A stretch of 64,000 nt of DNA, from NCBI GenBank assembly GCA_965197645.1, contig OZ240219.1, positions 1,888,001 to 1,952,000 on the forward strand, written 5' to 3'. Each line of letters opens with the position of its first letter. The stretch's first letter is position 1. The DNA comes from Dehalococcoidia bacterium (GTDB taxonomy: Bacteria; Chloroflexota; Dehalococcoidia; Plut-88900). Positions 1-9,659 of this stretch are shown in pieces. The notes below the pieces were generated by a model. It was not told the DNA's origin, did not search any database, and worked only from the letters and a program-made list of their open reading frames with translations. A program made the translations under genes and the position numbers.

Positions 1-1257
1 GACAGCCCGAGCACCTATGACTATCGGGGCCACCAGCATCGAGTCACATCCGATGAATGCGCCATCTTCTATGGTGGTTGGGTTCTTTCTGACGCCATCG
101 TAATTGCAAGTGACGGTACCGGCGCCGATGTTCACGTTGGCTCCCAACGCAGCATCCCCCAGATAGGTAAAGTGTCCCACCCGAGTGCCCCGCCCCAGAC
201 GGCTTTTCTTCACCTCTACGTAGTTCCCCAGGTGGACTCCGGACTCCAGATGAGAGCCCGGCCTTACATGGCTGTAGGGCCCGACATCGACGTTCTTCTC
301 CAGGGTGCTGGCCTCGATCACCGATGCCCTGATCCGGCACCCATCGCCCATCACCGAATCAGTGACGATGCTATGGGGACCAATCTCGCATCCTTGTGCT
401 ATTCGGCTCTTGCCGCCGATGCTGGTGCCCGGATGGACCACGGTATCTATGTCAATCTCCACGTCAGTATCGATGTAGACAGTGCCGGGGTCGGGGAGAG
501 TGACCCCCTCCCGCATCCATCGCTCACGATTACGCTGATAAACAATCCGAGAGGCGCTAGCCAGGTCCAACCTATCGTTGACGCCGATAGCTTCTTCCGG
601 CTCGTTCGGCCTGGTGCTCTCAACCCTCTGACCTTCGCCCGAGGCTATAGCCACCAGGTCCGTCAGGTAGTACTCCCCAGAGGCGTGGGGTTCGAGCCGA
701 CTGAGGACCGGCCACAACCAGGAGGCCTGCAGGCAGTAGGCCCCGGCACAGAACTCCCGGATAGCCAGCTGTTCAGAGGTCGCGTCCCGCTCTTCGATAA
801 TCTCGGAGATCGAGCTGTCACCGTCCCTGACTACCCGACCTAACCCGTCGGGATGCTCGGTTTCAGACGTCAGGACGGTGACGACAGCCTCGGTGGCCAG
901 GTGGTGCTCCATCATCTTACCGAGGGTCTCGCTGGTGATGAGTGGCTGATCGCCGTTTACGACTAGTACGGAGTCAACTACCTGCTCGAGGAGGGGTTGC
1001 GACTGTACCAAGGCGTCTCCCGTACCCCTGGCCTCTGCCTGTGTGACCAGCGAGACCCCGTTGCCGACCCTATCGCGGATGGCGGAGGAATTGGGCCCGA
1101 CTATCACAAGCGATTTCCGAGGCTCGGTCTGGCCAATTGCATCCAAGACGTAGCGTAGCATCTCTTTGCCCGCGATGGGATGCAACACCTTCGGAATCTT
1201 GGAGCGCATGCGCCTTCCCAGACCGGCTGCCAGGACCACGCTGCCCCAGCCTGTCAT
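1..1257 (-). CDS. glmU: Bifunctional UDP-GlcNAc pyrophosphorylase / glucosamine-1-P N-acetyltransferase (3' end outside window)
   Basis: Manual minus-strand translation from ATG at 1257 gives MTGWGSVVLAAGLGRRMRSKIPKVLHP; near position 1 it reads NVNIGAGTVTCNYDGVRKNPTTIEDGAFIGCDSMLVAP. AGGAGG RBS upstream. Missing from the ORF track because there is no stop in the window. Confidence 0.95.
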   Translation of the reverse strand, partial: MTGWGSVVLAAGLGRRMRSKIPKVLHPIAGKEMLRYVLDAIGQTEPRKSLVIVGPNSSAIRDRVGNGVSLVTQAEARGTGDALVQSQPLLEQVVDSVLVVNGDQPLITSETLGKMMEHHLATEAVVTVLTSETEHPDGLGRVVRDGDSSISEIIEERDATSEQLAIREFCAGAYCLQASWLWPVLSRLEPHASGEYYLTDLVAIASGEGQRVESTRPNEPEEAIGVNDRLDLASASRIVYQRNRERWMREGVTLPDPGTVYIDTDVEIDIDTVVHPGTSIGGKSRIAQGCEIGPHSIVTDSVMGDGCRIRASVIEASTLEKNVDVGPYSHVRPGSHLESGVHLGNYVEVKKSRLGRGTRVGHFTYLGDAALGANVNIGAGTVTCNYDGVRKNPTTIEDGAFIGCDSMLVAPIVIGARAV

Positions 1258-1600
1258 AGACCTCCTAAGCAAAGGAGCCCACTGCCCTTCGAGACATGGC
1301 TCGATTGGGCGGCGGGCTCACTAGTTCCTATATACGAGTGGCGGTGAGCTACTATCGTCGGGATCGCTAGGTTCACTCATCGTCTATCCACAATCCATAT
1401 TAAATCCGGTATGAGACTACTGTCAAGGACGCCTGATATTCTAGCCGCCAGTAAGTCGTTTCTTCTTTGCCGCCGGTAAGCCAGCGTGCTATACTCGGCC
1501 GGATGAGTCCGACCGGGCAAATCCTTCATTTCTAGCGTCACATCGCAGCCGCTTCCGTTGACCCGCTCCATTATTTCCTGAATACGACTGAGGTACGCGC

Positions 1601-2908
1601 TTGTTTTTTGCAGGTGGAGAAGGAGGCATAACCGAGGTTGTAACGCTGCTGATCTTCCAGCTGGCAGTGATTCTAATTCTCGCCAAGCTGGGCGGTGAGC
1701 TGTTTACACGCTATCTGAAGCTACCGGCCGTCATCGGCGAGCTTCTCATCGGTGTGGTTATAGGCCCCTTTGCCCTGGGCGATCTGATCGACTTGGGGAC
1801 GATAATCCCGGGCTCCGGTTTGGGAACGCTGTTTCCCAAGCCCGATGTTCCCATCGACGCAATCTCCTCGGAGCTCTTCTCCATTTCCGAGATAGCGGTC
1901 ATAGTCCTGCTTTTCGTGGTCGGGTTGGAGACTGACCTAAAACTGTTCGTCCGCTACTCTCGCCCGGCATCGGTGGTGGCTCTAGGTGGGGTAATCATAC
2001 CCTTCTTCATGGGCGTCTATGCCACCATACTGTTCGGTCATGCCGATAGCCTCGCCAGTCCGCAGGCCTTATTCATGGGGGCTGCCATGACGGCCACCTC
2101 GGTGGGAATTACCGCCAGGGTCCTGAGCGATAGGGGAAAGCTGGGCACTCCCGAAAGCGTGACGGTGCTGGCGGCGGCGGTAATAGACGATGTTCTTGGC
2201 ATTCTGGTCTTGACCCTTGCCGTGGGCGTAGCCGAGACCGGGGAGGTGTCCATCGTAGACGTACTCGCGGTCGGTGGTAAGGCGCTGGCGTTCCTGGCGA
2301 TATGGTTCGGCGGCGGCCTGGTTGTATCCAAGTACATCTCCCGATTCATTCACTCGCTGAGGGGTGTAGGAGCGGGAATCGCCATAGCGCTGGGGCTGGC
2401 TTTTCTCTCTTCGGGACTGGCGGAGAGCTTCGGACTGGCCTTCATTATCGGAGCCTATGCCACCGGTCTGGCCCTTTCCAACACCGACCTTTCCGAAACC
2501 CTGGAAGGACCAATGTCCGCGGTCTACAATGCCCTGGTACCCATCTTCTTCGTGGTGCAGGGTATGCAGGTGGATGTGACGACCTTCAGCCACGCCATCG
2601 TCTTCGGTATAGTACTGAGTGTTCTGGCCATCCTGGGCAAAGTTCTAGGCTCCGGCATCCCGGCGTTGGCCGTGGGGTTCAACAATATCGGGTCGGCGAG
2701 GATCGGGTTCGGCATGTTGCCCCGGGGAGAGGTCGCGCTGATCATTGCCGGCATAGGACTCGCAAAAGGGGTCATAGGGCAAGAGCTGTTCGGGGTGGCC
2801 ATCCTCATGACCATTGTCACCACCCTCATAGCCCCTGTTGTGCTGGTCTTTCTATTCCAGCGTGAGACATCCGGCCTGCGTACGAGACCGAGGGTTTCCT
2901 CGGATTGA
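1601..2908 (+). CDS. Cation:proton antiporter (CPA2/NapA family)
   Basis: Multi-TM protein with LLFVVGLETD, TATSVGITARVL, AAVIDDVLG and GMLPRGEVALI motifs. Confidence 0.9.
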   Translation: MFFAGGEGGITEVVTLLIFQLAVILILAKLGGELFTRYLKLPAVIGELLIGVVIGPFALGDLIDLGTIIPGSGLGTLFPKPDVPIDAISSELFSISEIAVIVLLFVVGLETDLKLFVRYSRPASVVALGGVIIPFFMGVYATILFGHADSLASPQALFMGAAMTATSVGITARVLSDRGKLGTPESVTVLAAAVIDDVLGILVLTLAVGVAETGEVSIVDVLAVGGKALAFLAIWFGGGLVVSKYISRFIHSLRGVGAGIAIALGLAFLSSGLAESFGLAFIIGAYATGLALSNTDLSETLEGPMSAVYNALVPIFFVVQGMQVDVTTFSHAIVFGIVLSVLAILGKVLGSGIPALAVGFNNIGSARIGFGMLPRGEVALIIAGIGLAKGVIGQELFGVAILMTIVTTLIAPVVLVFLFQRETSGLRTRPRVSSD

Positions 2909-3103
2909 CACCTACAGGCCGCCCCTCGAAGGGAGTGTGCCGCTGGCTTCTCTTAACCTTCTCGGAGGGATCAAGTCTAGGATCCAGGCAAGACTAATAC
3001 CGGGACCAGCCTGTTGTTCCTGGGTACGGGTCTGTTGGGCCCGGGAGAGCAGGGGTAGCGTTCCGGCGCTTTGAAGCCGTAGAATAGGGTCGGTTAGTCA
3101 AAC

Positions 3104-3178
3104 GCCCCCGTAGCTCAGAGGATAGAGCGCCAGCCTCCGGAGCTGGAAGCGTGGGTTCGAGTCCCGCCGGGGGTACCA
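3104..3178 (+). tRNA. tRNA-Arg(CCG)
   Basis: Acceptor stem GCCCCCG/CGGGGGT, anticodon arm CCAGC-CT-CCG-GA-GCTGG, GGTTCGAGTCC T-loop, encoded CCA. Confidence 0.95.
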
Positions 3179-3373
3179 CTCCTTGACCGTATTGCCACCA
3201 CTTCCAAAGTCACGTAAAACCGCAAGAGGACTGAGCATGGGAACGGAGGGGTAGGACTCGGGTGCTGGTAGATGAGAGCAGATAGCGCATAAGCGGTGAA
3301 TTGCCGGATTCACTCCACACCACGACCCACGTCAACACGGGCGGTGCGCCAATCGACTCTTGGAGGATAGACC

Positions 3374-5470
3374 ATGCATGAAGTGAAATCGATTCAGAAC
3401 CTGTTGGATGAGATTGGGCACGGAGAAATTCTGGTGCCAGAGTTCCAGCGCGGCTATGTCTGGAACCGGGACCAGGTTCGTGGACTAATGCAGGCCCTAT
3501 ATCTCAAGCACCCTACAGGGCATCTGTTGACTTGGCGCACCTACAAGCCATCGCTAGTACGAGGTACTCAGTCTCCACGAAACGGCCACTCCATACTGCT
3601 TCTGGATGGACAGCAGCGTCTTACGACGCTTTACGTGCTGTTCGAGGGAAGAGCACCGTTGTTCTATGAGGGCGAGTCCCTGTACTTCGACCTGCACTTT
3701 AATATGCAGACGGAGGAGTTTCGCTTCTATCAGAAATCGCGAATGGCGAACGACCCGACATGGATCGGCGTGCACGAGTTTCTCCGGCATGGGCTGACAA
3801 AGACACTGGAGAAGATCGATCAACTGGACGAGAATCGGCGGGCTGTCATCCAGCAGAATTTGGCCCGGTTAAGTCGTCTGGATGCGATCCGAAACTACAC
3901 ATATACGGTCGACCAAGTAGCTGGTGACGAATACACCGTAGATCAGGTCGTGAGTATCTTTAACCGGGTCAACAGCCAAGGTACGCCTCTCACGAAGGCG
4001 GACCTCGCCCTTGCACATGTCTGCAGCATCTGGCCGGAGGCGCGGGAGGAGTTGCGAACATTCAGCCTGAAGATGGCAGGTGTGGGATTCGATGTCAATC
4101 TCAGTTTCTTAGTCCGGTGCATGGCGGGCGTGGCCACGGGATCTATCGTGCTCGAGGGCACCTTCATGAGAACGCCAGCGGAAGAGCTCCAGAGCGCTTG
4201 GCAGGAGATGCAGCCAGCTTTCGAACATCTGGTTGGAGTACTCCGGCACGAAGCGTACATCGGCAGTCTGTCAGACCTGACTACGGACAATGTCCTGGTC
4301 CCCGTTACGATTTATCTGGCCCGACACAACGGGACATTCCCGAGCGAAACCGTCAAGCGAAGGTTTATTCGATGGCTCTGTCTGGCCGGACTGTGGGCGC
4401 GGTACTCAGGAGCCACCGAAACCAAGCTCCAGCAAGACGTGGCACTGGTAGCCGGCAGCGATCCAGACCCGACGCACGAGCTGGAAGCGGCAATCATTCG
4501 AGAGCGTGGCCGGGTAGCCCTAGAAGAGGGTGACTTGGACCGGGCTCGCATCAACTCATCTGTTGCACTTCTCAGTCAGGTCGTGGCGCGAGCGCGAGGT
4601 GCCCGTGACTGGTTTACTAGCATCCAGATCTATGATCCAGCAGTCGGCAAGAGTCATGGCGGCGAACGTCACTACATTTTCCCGAAGACATTGTTGAAGA
4701 GAGCAGGGATTACTGACTCAACCAGAATCAACGCGGTCGCTAACCGGGCGATCCTTGGGCAGAACCCATCTCTAGCGGATCGCCGGTCGTCGCCTGTCGA
4801 TTATCTGCCCAAAGTCGAAGGGGATGCACTTAGGGCTCAGTCCGTGCCGATGGCATCTGAGCTATGGGAACCGGAGCGGTTTCTAGAATTTCTCACGGCC
4901 CGGCGACGTCTGCTGGCAAAGGCCATGAACGAATTCATCGAAAGTTGGATTTCAAAGATTGACTCAGAGACGATTAGTGAACATGATGTTCGCCGTCTCA
5001 TGGCTTGTGGCGAAAACGAGAGGGTGGAGTTCAAGTCAAGCCTCCGCTGGGCCGTAAATGAAGAAAGGGTCAATAAAGCGCTTGAAGCTGTAACGATCAA
5101 AACGCTGGCGGGTTTCCTCAACTCAGAGGGAGGTACTCTTCTGATAGGCGTTGATGACAGCGGACGTGCGGTTGGACTTGCCGAGGACTACAAGACTCTT
5201 AAGGGACAAAGCCGTGACGCGTTCGAGCAACACTTGCAGCATATCGTGGCGAGTAATCTAGGGGAGGCCCTGTCGGTATCCTACATGACGGTCAACTTCC
5301 ACGAGATTGATGGTAAGGACATCTGTCAGGTTGCCGTCGATACCAGCGATGAGCCGGTCTATGTAGAGAACGCCAGCCAACCACTGTTCTACGTGAGGAA
5401 CGGGAACCTGACTCAGCCACTCCCGGTAGATGAGACTGTGAAGTACGTGCAGCGACATTGGGGGCTATGA
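3374..5470 (+). CDS. GmrSD-like (DUF262 + HNH/DUF1524-like) restriction protein fused to a C-terminal Schlafen/AlbA_2 domain
   Basis: PEFQRGYVW, LLDGQQRLT and IFNRVNSQGTPL (DUF262); ERHYIFPK...INAVANRAIL (HNH-like); ENERVEFKSS, LAGFLNSEGGTLLIGVDD and FYVRNGN (AlbA_2). Confidence 0.85.
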   Translation: MHEVKSIQNLLDEIGHGEILVPEFQRGYVWNRDQVRGLMQALYLKHPTGHLLTWRTYKPSLVRGTQSPRNGHSILLLDGQQRLTTLYVLFEGRAPLFYEGESLYFDLHFNMQTEEFRFYQKSRMANDPTWIGVHEFLRHGLTKTLEKIDQLDENRRAVIQQNLARLSRLDAIRNYTYTVDQVAGDEYTVDQVVSIFNRVNSQGTPLTKADLALAHVCSIWPEAREELRTFSLKMAGVGFDVNLSFLVRCMAGVATGSIVLEGTFMRTPAEELQSAWQEMQPAFEHLVGVLRHEAYIGSLSDLTTDNVLVPVTIYLARHNGTFPSETVKRRFIRWLCLAGLWARYSGATETKLQQDVALVAGSDPDPTHELEAAIIRERGRVALEEGDLDRARINSSVALLSQVVARARGARDWFTSIQIYDPAVGKSHGGERHYIFPKTLLKRAGITDSTRINAVANRAILGQNPSLADRRSSPVDYLPKVEGDALRAQSVPMASELWEPERFLEFLTARRRLLAKAMNEFIESWISKIDSETISEHDVRRLMACGENERVEFKSSLRWAVNEERVNKALEAVTIKTLAGFLNSEGGTLLIGVDDSGRAVGLAEDYKTLKGQSRDAFEQHLQHIVASNLGEALSVSYMTVNFHEIDGKDICQVAVDTSDEPVYVENASQPLFYVRNGNLTQPLPVDETVKYVQRHWGL

Positions 5471-5480
5471 ATCCGCAAGG

Positions 5481-5663
5481 GACTCCGCGGTAATAGTCGC
5501 CACGGTGACCGACGTGTGCGGCTTTCTGCTCTTCCTGGGTGTGGCCACCCCGGTATTCACCGCCCTGCACTTTGTTCCAGGTGGGTTCGCCGAAGTGCTT
5601 CTGGGCGCCAGTGCGAACCCCGAGGTCATTGACCACATGAATGTGAAGTTTGGCACCGACTGA
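5481..5663 (+). pseudogene. Chimeric remnant: MgtE C-terminus joined to DppB-type ABC permease N-terminus
   Basis: Startless frame DSAVIVATVTDVCGFLLFLGVAT (MgtE-like) continues into VFTALHFVPGGFAEVLLGASANPEVIDHMNVKFGTD* (DppB-like). Confidence 0.5.
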
Positions 5664-5717
5664 TGCCGTCGCTGTATAATCCCATCACTTTAGGGGAAGC
5701 TACACTAGGAGTCGATC

Positions 5718-6134
5718 GTGACAGCAGAAGTGAGGGAGCAAACCGGCCAGATTAGAAACGTGAACGTACGTTGGGCGCATGTTGTTGTCGAAGGACACAC
5801 CGTGGAGCAGGTCCTGTCCTTCGACGTTGCTGAAGCAGAGGCGGTGTATGGACGGCCCTTTGATGACGAAATGGACAAGCATATCCAAATGGGTATGTTC
5901 GCCATAGACCGTATAGCTGCCTCTGAAACAATGCATAAGGTCGCGTCTGCAACCAGCTATGTCCTCGATGGCGAGTGCATGAGGACCGCTAAGATAGTGC
6001 ATTGCAAGGACATCGAGCCAGCGGAGATGCACATAGTCCAACGGGACGGACGCGAGGTACACCAGGACCCTTGGAGTTGTGTTCCCGGAACAGCGCCAAT
6101 AGACCACAGAAAGCTGACAGCTCTTGACAGATAG
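5718..6134 (+). CDS. Hypothetical protein
   Basis: 138 aa ORF with AGGAG RBS and a TATAAT upstream; no recognised motif. Confidence 0.55.
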   Translation: MTAEVREQTGQIRNVNVRWAHVVVEGHTVEQVLSFDVAEAEAVYGRPFDDEMDKHIQMGMFAIDRIAASETMHKVASATSYVLDGECMRTAKIVHCKDIEPAEMHIVQRDGREVHQDPWSCVPGTAPIDHRKLTALDR

Positions 6135-6341
6135 AGAAGAAAGATCTGTCGCGGTGAGTGTCCAGCGAAGTCCAGGCTAGAAGGAGCTAGGACGGACTCT
6201 CGAGGAGAGGAGGCAGCGGATTCAACCCGAATCGGCTGGACCCGGTGCGTCAGCTCCTTCGAAACAAACCACTCTCTCTTGTGCCTCGTGGTAATATGGG
6301 TAATCAAAGTCCACCCCCTCCAGCAAGAAGGGAGCAACGGT

Positions 6342-7484
6342 ATGGGCGCTAGCAAGGTTGTCGACGCCGACGGACACATCATGGAGCCTTCCGACCTGTG
6401 GGAGAAGAACCTGGAGCCCGAGTACCGAGACCGAGCGATACGCATAAGGAAGGACACCAACGGCGCCGAGTACCTGGAAATAGAAGGCAAGAGGTCCGCA
6501 GTGGTGCACGGCGGCGGACTGGCTACCTTCGGCAGCTTGGACGCCAGCACCAAGCCTCTCTACGAAGCCAGTGAAAAGGTGGGAGGCCTGGACTACGAGG
6601 AGGGCGTACCAGGCGGCGCTAGGGACTTCGATGTCCGGCTCAAGTGGATGGATGAGCACGGCATCGACATCGCCCTTACCTATCCCTCCCTCTTTCTAAG
6701 CTGGCAGGACGAGACCCGGGACCCCGCCCTTGCGGCTGCCTACTGCCGGACCTATAACACCTGGTTGACCGACCTGACCCGGCCCTATTCAGACCGCATC
6801 GTCGCCATTGCTCACGTGGCCCTCCACGACATAGAGGAGGCGGTGGTCGAGGTGAACAGGGCAGCCAAGCTGGGCGCCAAGGGTCTCTACCTTTTCCCAA
6901 CAACCCCAGTAGATGACATTCCCTACGGGGACCGCCACTACGATCCCTTCTGGGCCGCTTGCCAGGACCTGGGCCTGCCGCTGGGCATTCACGTCAGCAA
7001 CACTCCCAAGCACGCCGGGCATCGGCTCTACCCGGCCACATTCGATACCAACGTCTGGTGGCTCAACCTGATGTATAACCAGGACTGCCAGGCAGCTTTC
7101 ACATCCTTCTTCCACGGCGGTGTCTTAGAGCGATTCCCGGAACTGAGCGTAGGGGTGGTGGAGACCGGGTGCGGCTGGATAGCTCACTGGGTCGAGTTCA
7201 TGGACTCCAAGTACGGTATGGGGGGGCACCCGGAGATGAAGCTGCGGCCCAGCGAGTACTTCGACCGCCAGTGCTGGATCACCGGTGAAGCCGACGAGAA
7301 GACGTTCCCGTTCATGGCCCAGCTCGTGGGCGCCCACAAGCTGATGTTCGGCTCGGACTATCCCCACGAGGAGGGTCACGAGGAGCCGCTCACCGAGCTG
7401 AAGGAGACGATCAGAACCCTATCGGAAGAGGACCAGGACAAGATACTCGGCGGTAACGCCATGAGAATCTACAATCTCAACTAA
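6342..7484 (+). CDS. Amidohydrolase_2 family protein
   Basis: VVDADGHIMEP, YDPFWAACQDLGLPLGIH, VETGCGW and FGSDYPHEEG; start set to the ATG after GGAG. Confidence 0.9.
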   Translation: MGASKVVDADGHIMEPSDLWEKNLEPEYRDRAIRIRKDTNGAEYLEIEGKRSAVVHGGGLATFGSLDASTKPLYEASEKVGGLDYEEGVPGGARDFDVRLKWMDEHGIDIALTYPSLFLSWQDETRDPALAAAYCRTYNTWLTDLTRPYSDRIVAIAHVALHDIEEAVVEVNRAAKLGAKGLYLFPTTPVDDIPYGDRHYDPFWAACQDLGLPLGIHVSNTPKHAGHRLYPATFDTNVWWLNLMYNQDCQAAFTSFFHGGVLERFPELSVGVVETGCGWIAHWVEFMDSKYGMGGHPEMKLRPSEYFDRQCWITGEADEKTFPFMAQLVGAHKLMFGSDYPHEEGHEEPLTELKETIRTLSEEDQDKILGGNAMRIYNLN

Positions 7485-7573
7485 GCTCTGAACGCCCCGC
7501 GGTATAGCCCGCATCTCCAAGCCGCATCGCGAAGAGCCTCACTATTTCCTGTCACCTGAAAGGGGTCGATGCT

Positions 7574-8728
7574 ATGGAAGTCAAGATCGTCGACGCGGAT
7601 TCCCACGTCCTCGAGCCTTCCGAGCTTTGGGAAGAGAACCTGGAACCTGAGTTCAGGGACCGGGCCATACGGCTCGGTAAAGACGAAGGGGGTCTGGAGT
7701 CCTTTTACATCAACGGCAAGAAATCGCTGATGCTCAGGGACGGGACTCTGGGCACGGTCGCCGCTGTCGGGCAATCGCACAAGGAGATGAGGGAGCGGTT
7801 CCTCAAGGCCGGAGTGATAGGCTACGAGGAAGGCAGGGCGATCGCCTCCGGCTCCAAAGACCCAGACGAGCGCATCCGCGTGATGGACTCGGAAAACACC
7901 GATATTACCTTTCTCTACCCCACCGTCGGTCTGAGCTGGGAGGTGCTGTGCGAAGACCCGGAGCTGTCTGCCGCATGCTGCAGGGTCTACAACGACTGGC
8001 TCGCCGATTTCTGCAACGCCCATCCGGAGCGTCTGAAAGGCATTTCCCACGTCCCGATGATAGATGCCGCCGAGGCTGCGAAGGAGTTGGACAGGGCCGC
8101 CGCAAAAGGACTGAAAGGGGTGTTCTTCACCATCTGGCCCCCTTCGGAAAGGACCTTCGGTGATAAGTATTATGATCCCCTCTGGTCCGTTGCCCTCGAT
8201 GCCAAGATAGGGGTGTCGCTGCACGTGTTCAACAGTTCGAAAACGGTCACGTCACACCAGCGGCCGGACTACTTCGCGGAACCGCTTTTCGAGGACTGGA
8301 CGTCCGGTGTCATGTTCAACGTAGACGTCATCAAGGCCTACACCACCGTGGTGGCCGGAGGGACTATGGACCGGTTCCCGGACCTCAACTTCGTCATGCT
8401 GGAGGTGGGATGCGGCTGGGTGCCCTACTGGCTCGATAGGATGGACAGTGCCTACGAAGCTGCGCCGTGGAATGCGCCGATGAAGCTAAAGCCCAGCGAG
8501 TATTTCTTCCGCCAGTGCTTCGTGACCATGGAGCCGGAGGAGCGGACCGTAGCCGCCACCGCTGGGCTGATAGGCTCCGATAAGATCCTGTGGGCGTCGG
8601 ACTACCCCCACTCGGAAGGGCACGTGGGTACCGTGGCCGAGGTCAAAGAGAAGATAGCGCCGCTATCGGAAGAGGACCAGGCGAACATACTTGGCAACAA
8701 CGCCTTCCGGCTGTACGACATCGGCTGA
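7574..8728 (+). CDS. Amidohydrolase_2 family protein (tandem paralogue)
   Basis: IVDADSHVLEP, LEVGCGW and WASDYPHSEG. Confidence 0.9.
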   Translation: MEVKIVDADSHVLEPSELWEENLEPEFRDRAIRLGKDEGGLESFYINGKKSLMLRDGTLGTVAAVGQSHKEMRERFLKAGVIGYEEGRAIASGSKDPDERIRVMDSENTDITFLYPTVGLSWEVLCEDPELSAACCRVYNDWLADFCNAHPERLKGISHVPMIDAAEAAKELDRAAAKGLKGVFFTIWPPSERTFGDKYYDPLWSVALDAKIGVSLHVFNSSKTVTSHQRPDYFAEPLFEDWTSGVMFNVDVIKAYTTVVAGGTMDRFPDLNFVMLEVGCGWVPYWLDRMDSAYEAAPWNAPMKLKPSEYFFRQCFVTMEPEERTVAATAGLIGSDKILWASDYPHSEGHVGTVAEVKEKIAPLSEEDQANILGNNAFRLYDIG

Positions 8729-8738
8729 GGCGAGGCCG

Positions 8739-9506
8739 TCATCCGTCGATTATCGCCGTGACTGGATCGCCGATGGACACAACGCCCGGGTTCTCGACCA
8801 CCCCGTATACCCCGAAGTAGGCCTCCTTGTCAGGTCTGTAGCTGAGGATAGCGCGCAATGTGTCCGCGTCCCGCTTTCCCGTATCGGGATCGTGGGTGGT
8901 GATGGCGCATCTGGGGTCTCGATAGGCCACCCGCACGCGGAGATCATTGCCGATCTGGACCATGTTCCAGACCCATTCGTCCTCCTCGTGGGGCCGGCAG
9001 CCTCCGATGAGAAAGTTGGGTCGGAACCGCCTGTTGTCCAGGGTCTTGGTGATGCCGGGCTGGCGGCTGAGCTCTTCTATCGATGCCTGGGTCAGAATCG
9101 AAACGGGAAACTCATCGAAGGCCTGGCCCGGCTTGTCGGTGATCACCAGCTTGACACGGCGGTTGCAGAAGTCGGACAGGGCATCGTTCCAGTTTCCCAA
9201 AACGACGTTCCCCGATACGTCCCGGCCGAATACATCGACCGTTGCCGCTTCGCCCCGTTCCGGCACTCCCCTAAGCGTGGGCGAGTCGGGAATGGACAGC
9301 GCCAACTCCTCAGTCGCAGCATCATATTCCGCCTTGACCTGCACCAGCCTGCCGATCTGCCGTTGGGTGACGAGCTTACCCCGGTTGCTCATAAGCAAGA
9401 AACGCCGGTCTTCCAGGATGCCCTCGGACCCTACGTGCACCCGCTGCGGATGACTGAGCCCGAAGGACTTGACCGGCGAAATGTTGATGGCTTCGACTGT
9501 TGGCAT
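8739..9506 (-). CDS. MOSC domain (mARC/YcbX-like) protein
   Basis: ISPVKS, DRRFLL, RRFRPNFLI, EEDEW, PRCAITTHDPDTG and FGVYGVV. Confidence 0.9.
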   Translation of the reverse strand: MPTVEAINISPVKSFGLSHPQRVHVGSEGILEDRRFLLMSNRGKLVTQRQIGRLVQVKAEYDAATEELALSIPDSPTLRGVPERGEAATVDVFGRDVSGNVVLGNWNDALSDFCNRRVKLVITDKPGQAFDEFPVSILTQASIEELSRQPGITKTLDNRRFRPNFLIGGCRPHEEDEWVWNMVQIGNDLRVRVAYRDPRCAITTHDPDTGKRDADTLRAILSYRPDKEAYFGVYGVVENPGVVSIGDPVTAIIDG

Positions 9507-9659
9507 GGGACCGTCCTGTCTAGGGATTAGCCCACATACGGTAGGCCAACAGACGGGACTATGTCAATCTAGCTTGCGGCTCTAGATTCAAGCTGGTACC
9601 ATTTCATCGTTCTTCCAGAAATCCCAGGCGTCCTTCCACAAACGCTAGGAGGTGGCCCA

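Noticed and set aside
172-843. 223-aa plus-strand ORF
   Set aside because: Antisense shadow of glmU
1440-1600. Possible Na+/Li+ riboswitch upstream of the antiporter
   Set aside because: I could not match a consensus by eye; only an extended -10-like TGCTATACT is visible
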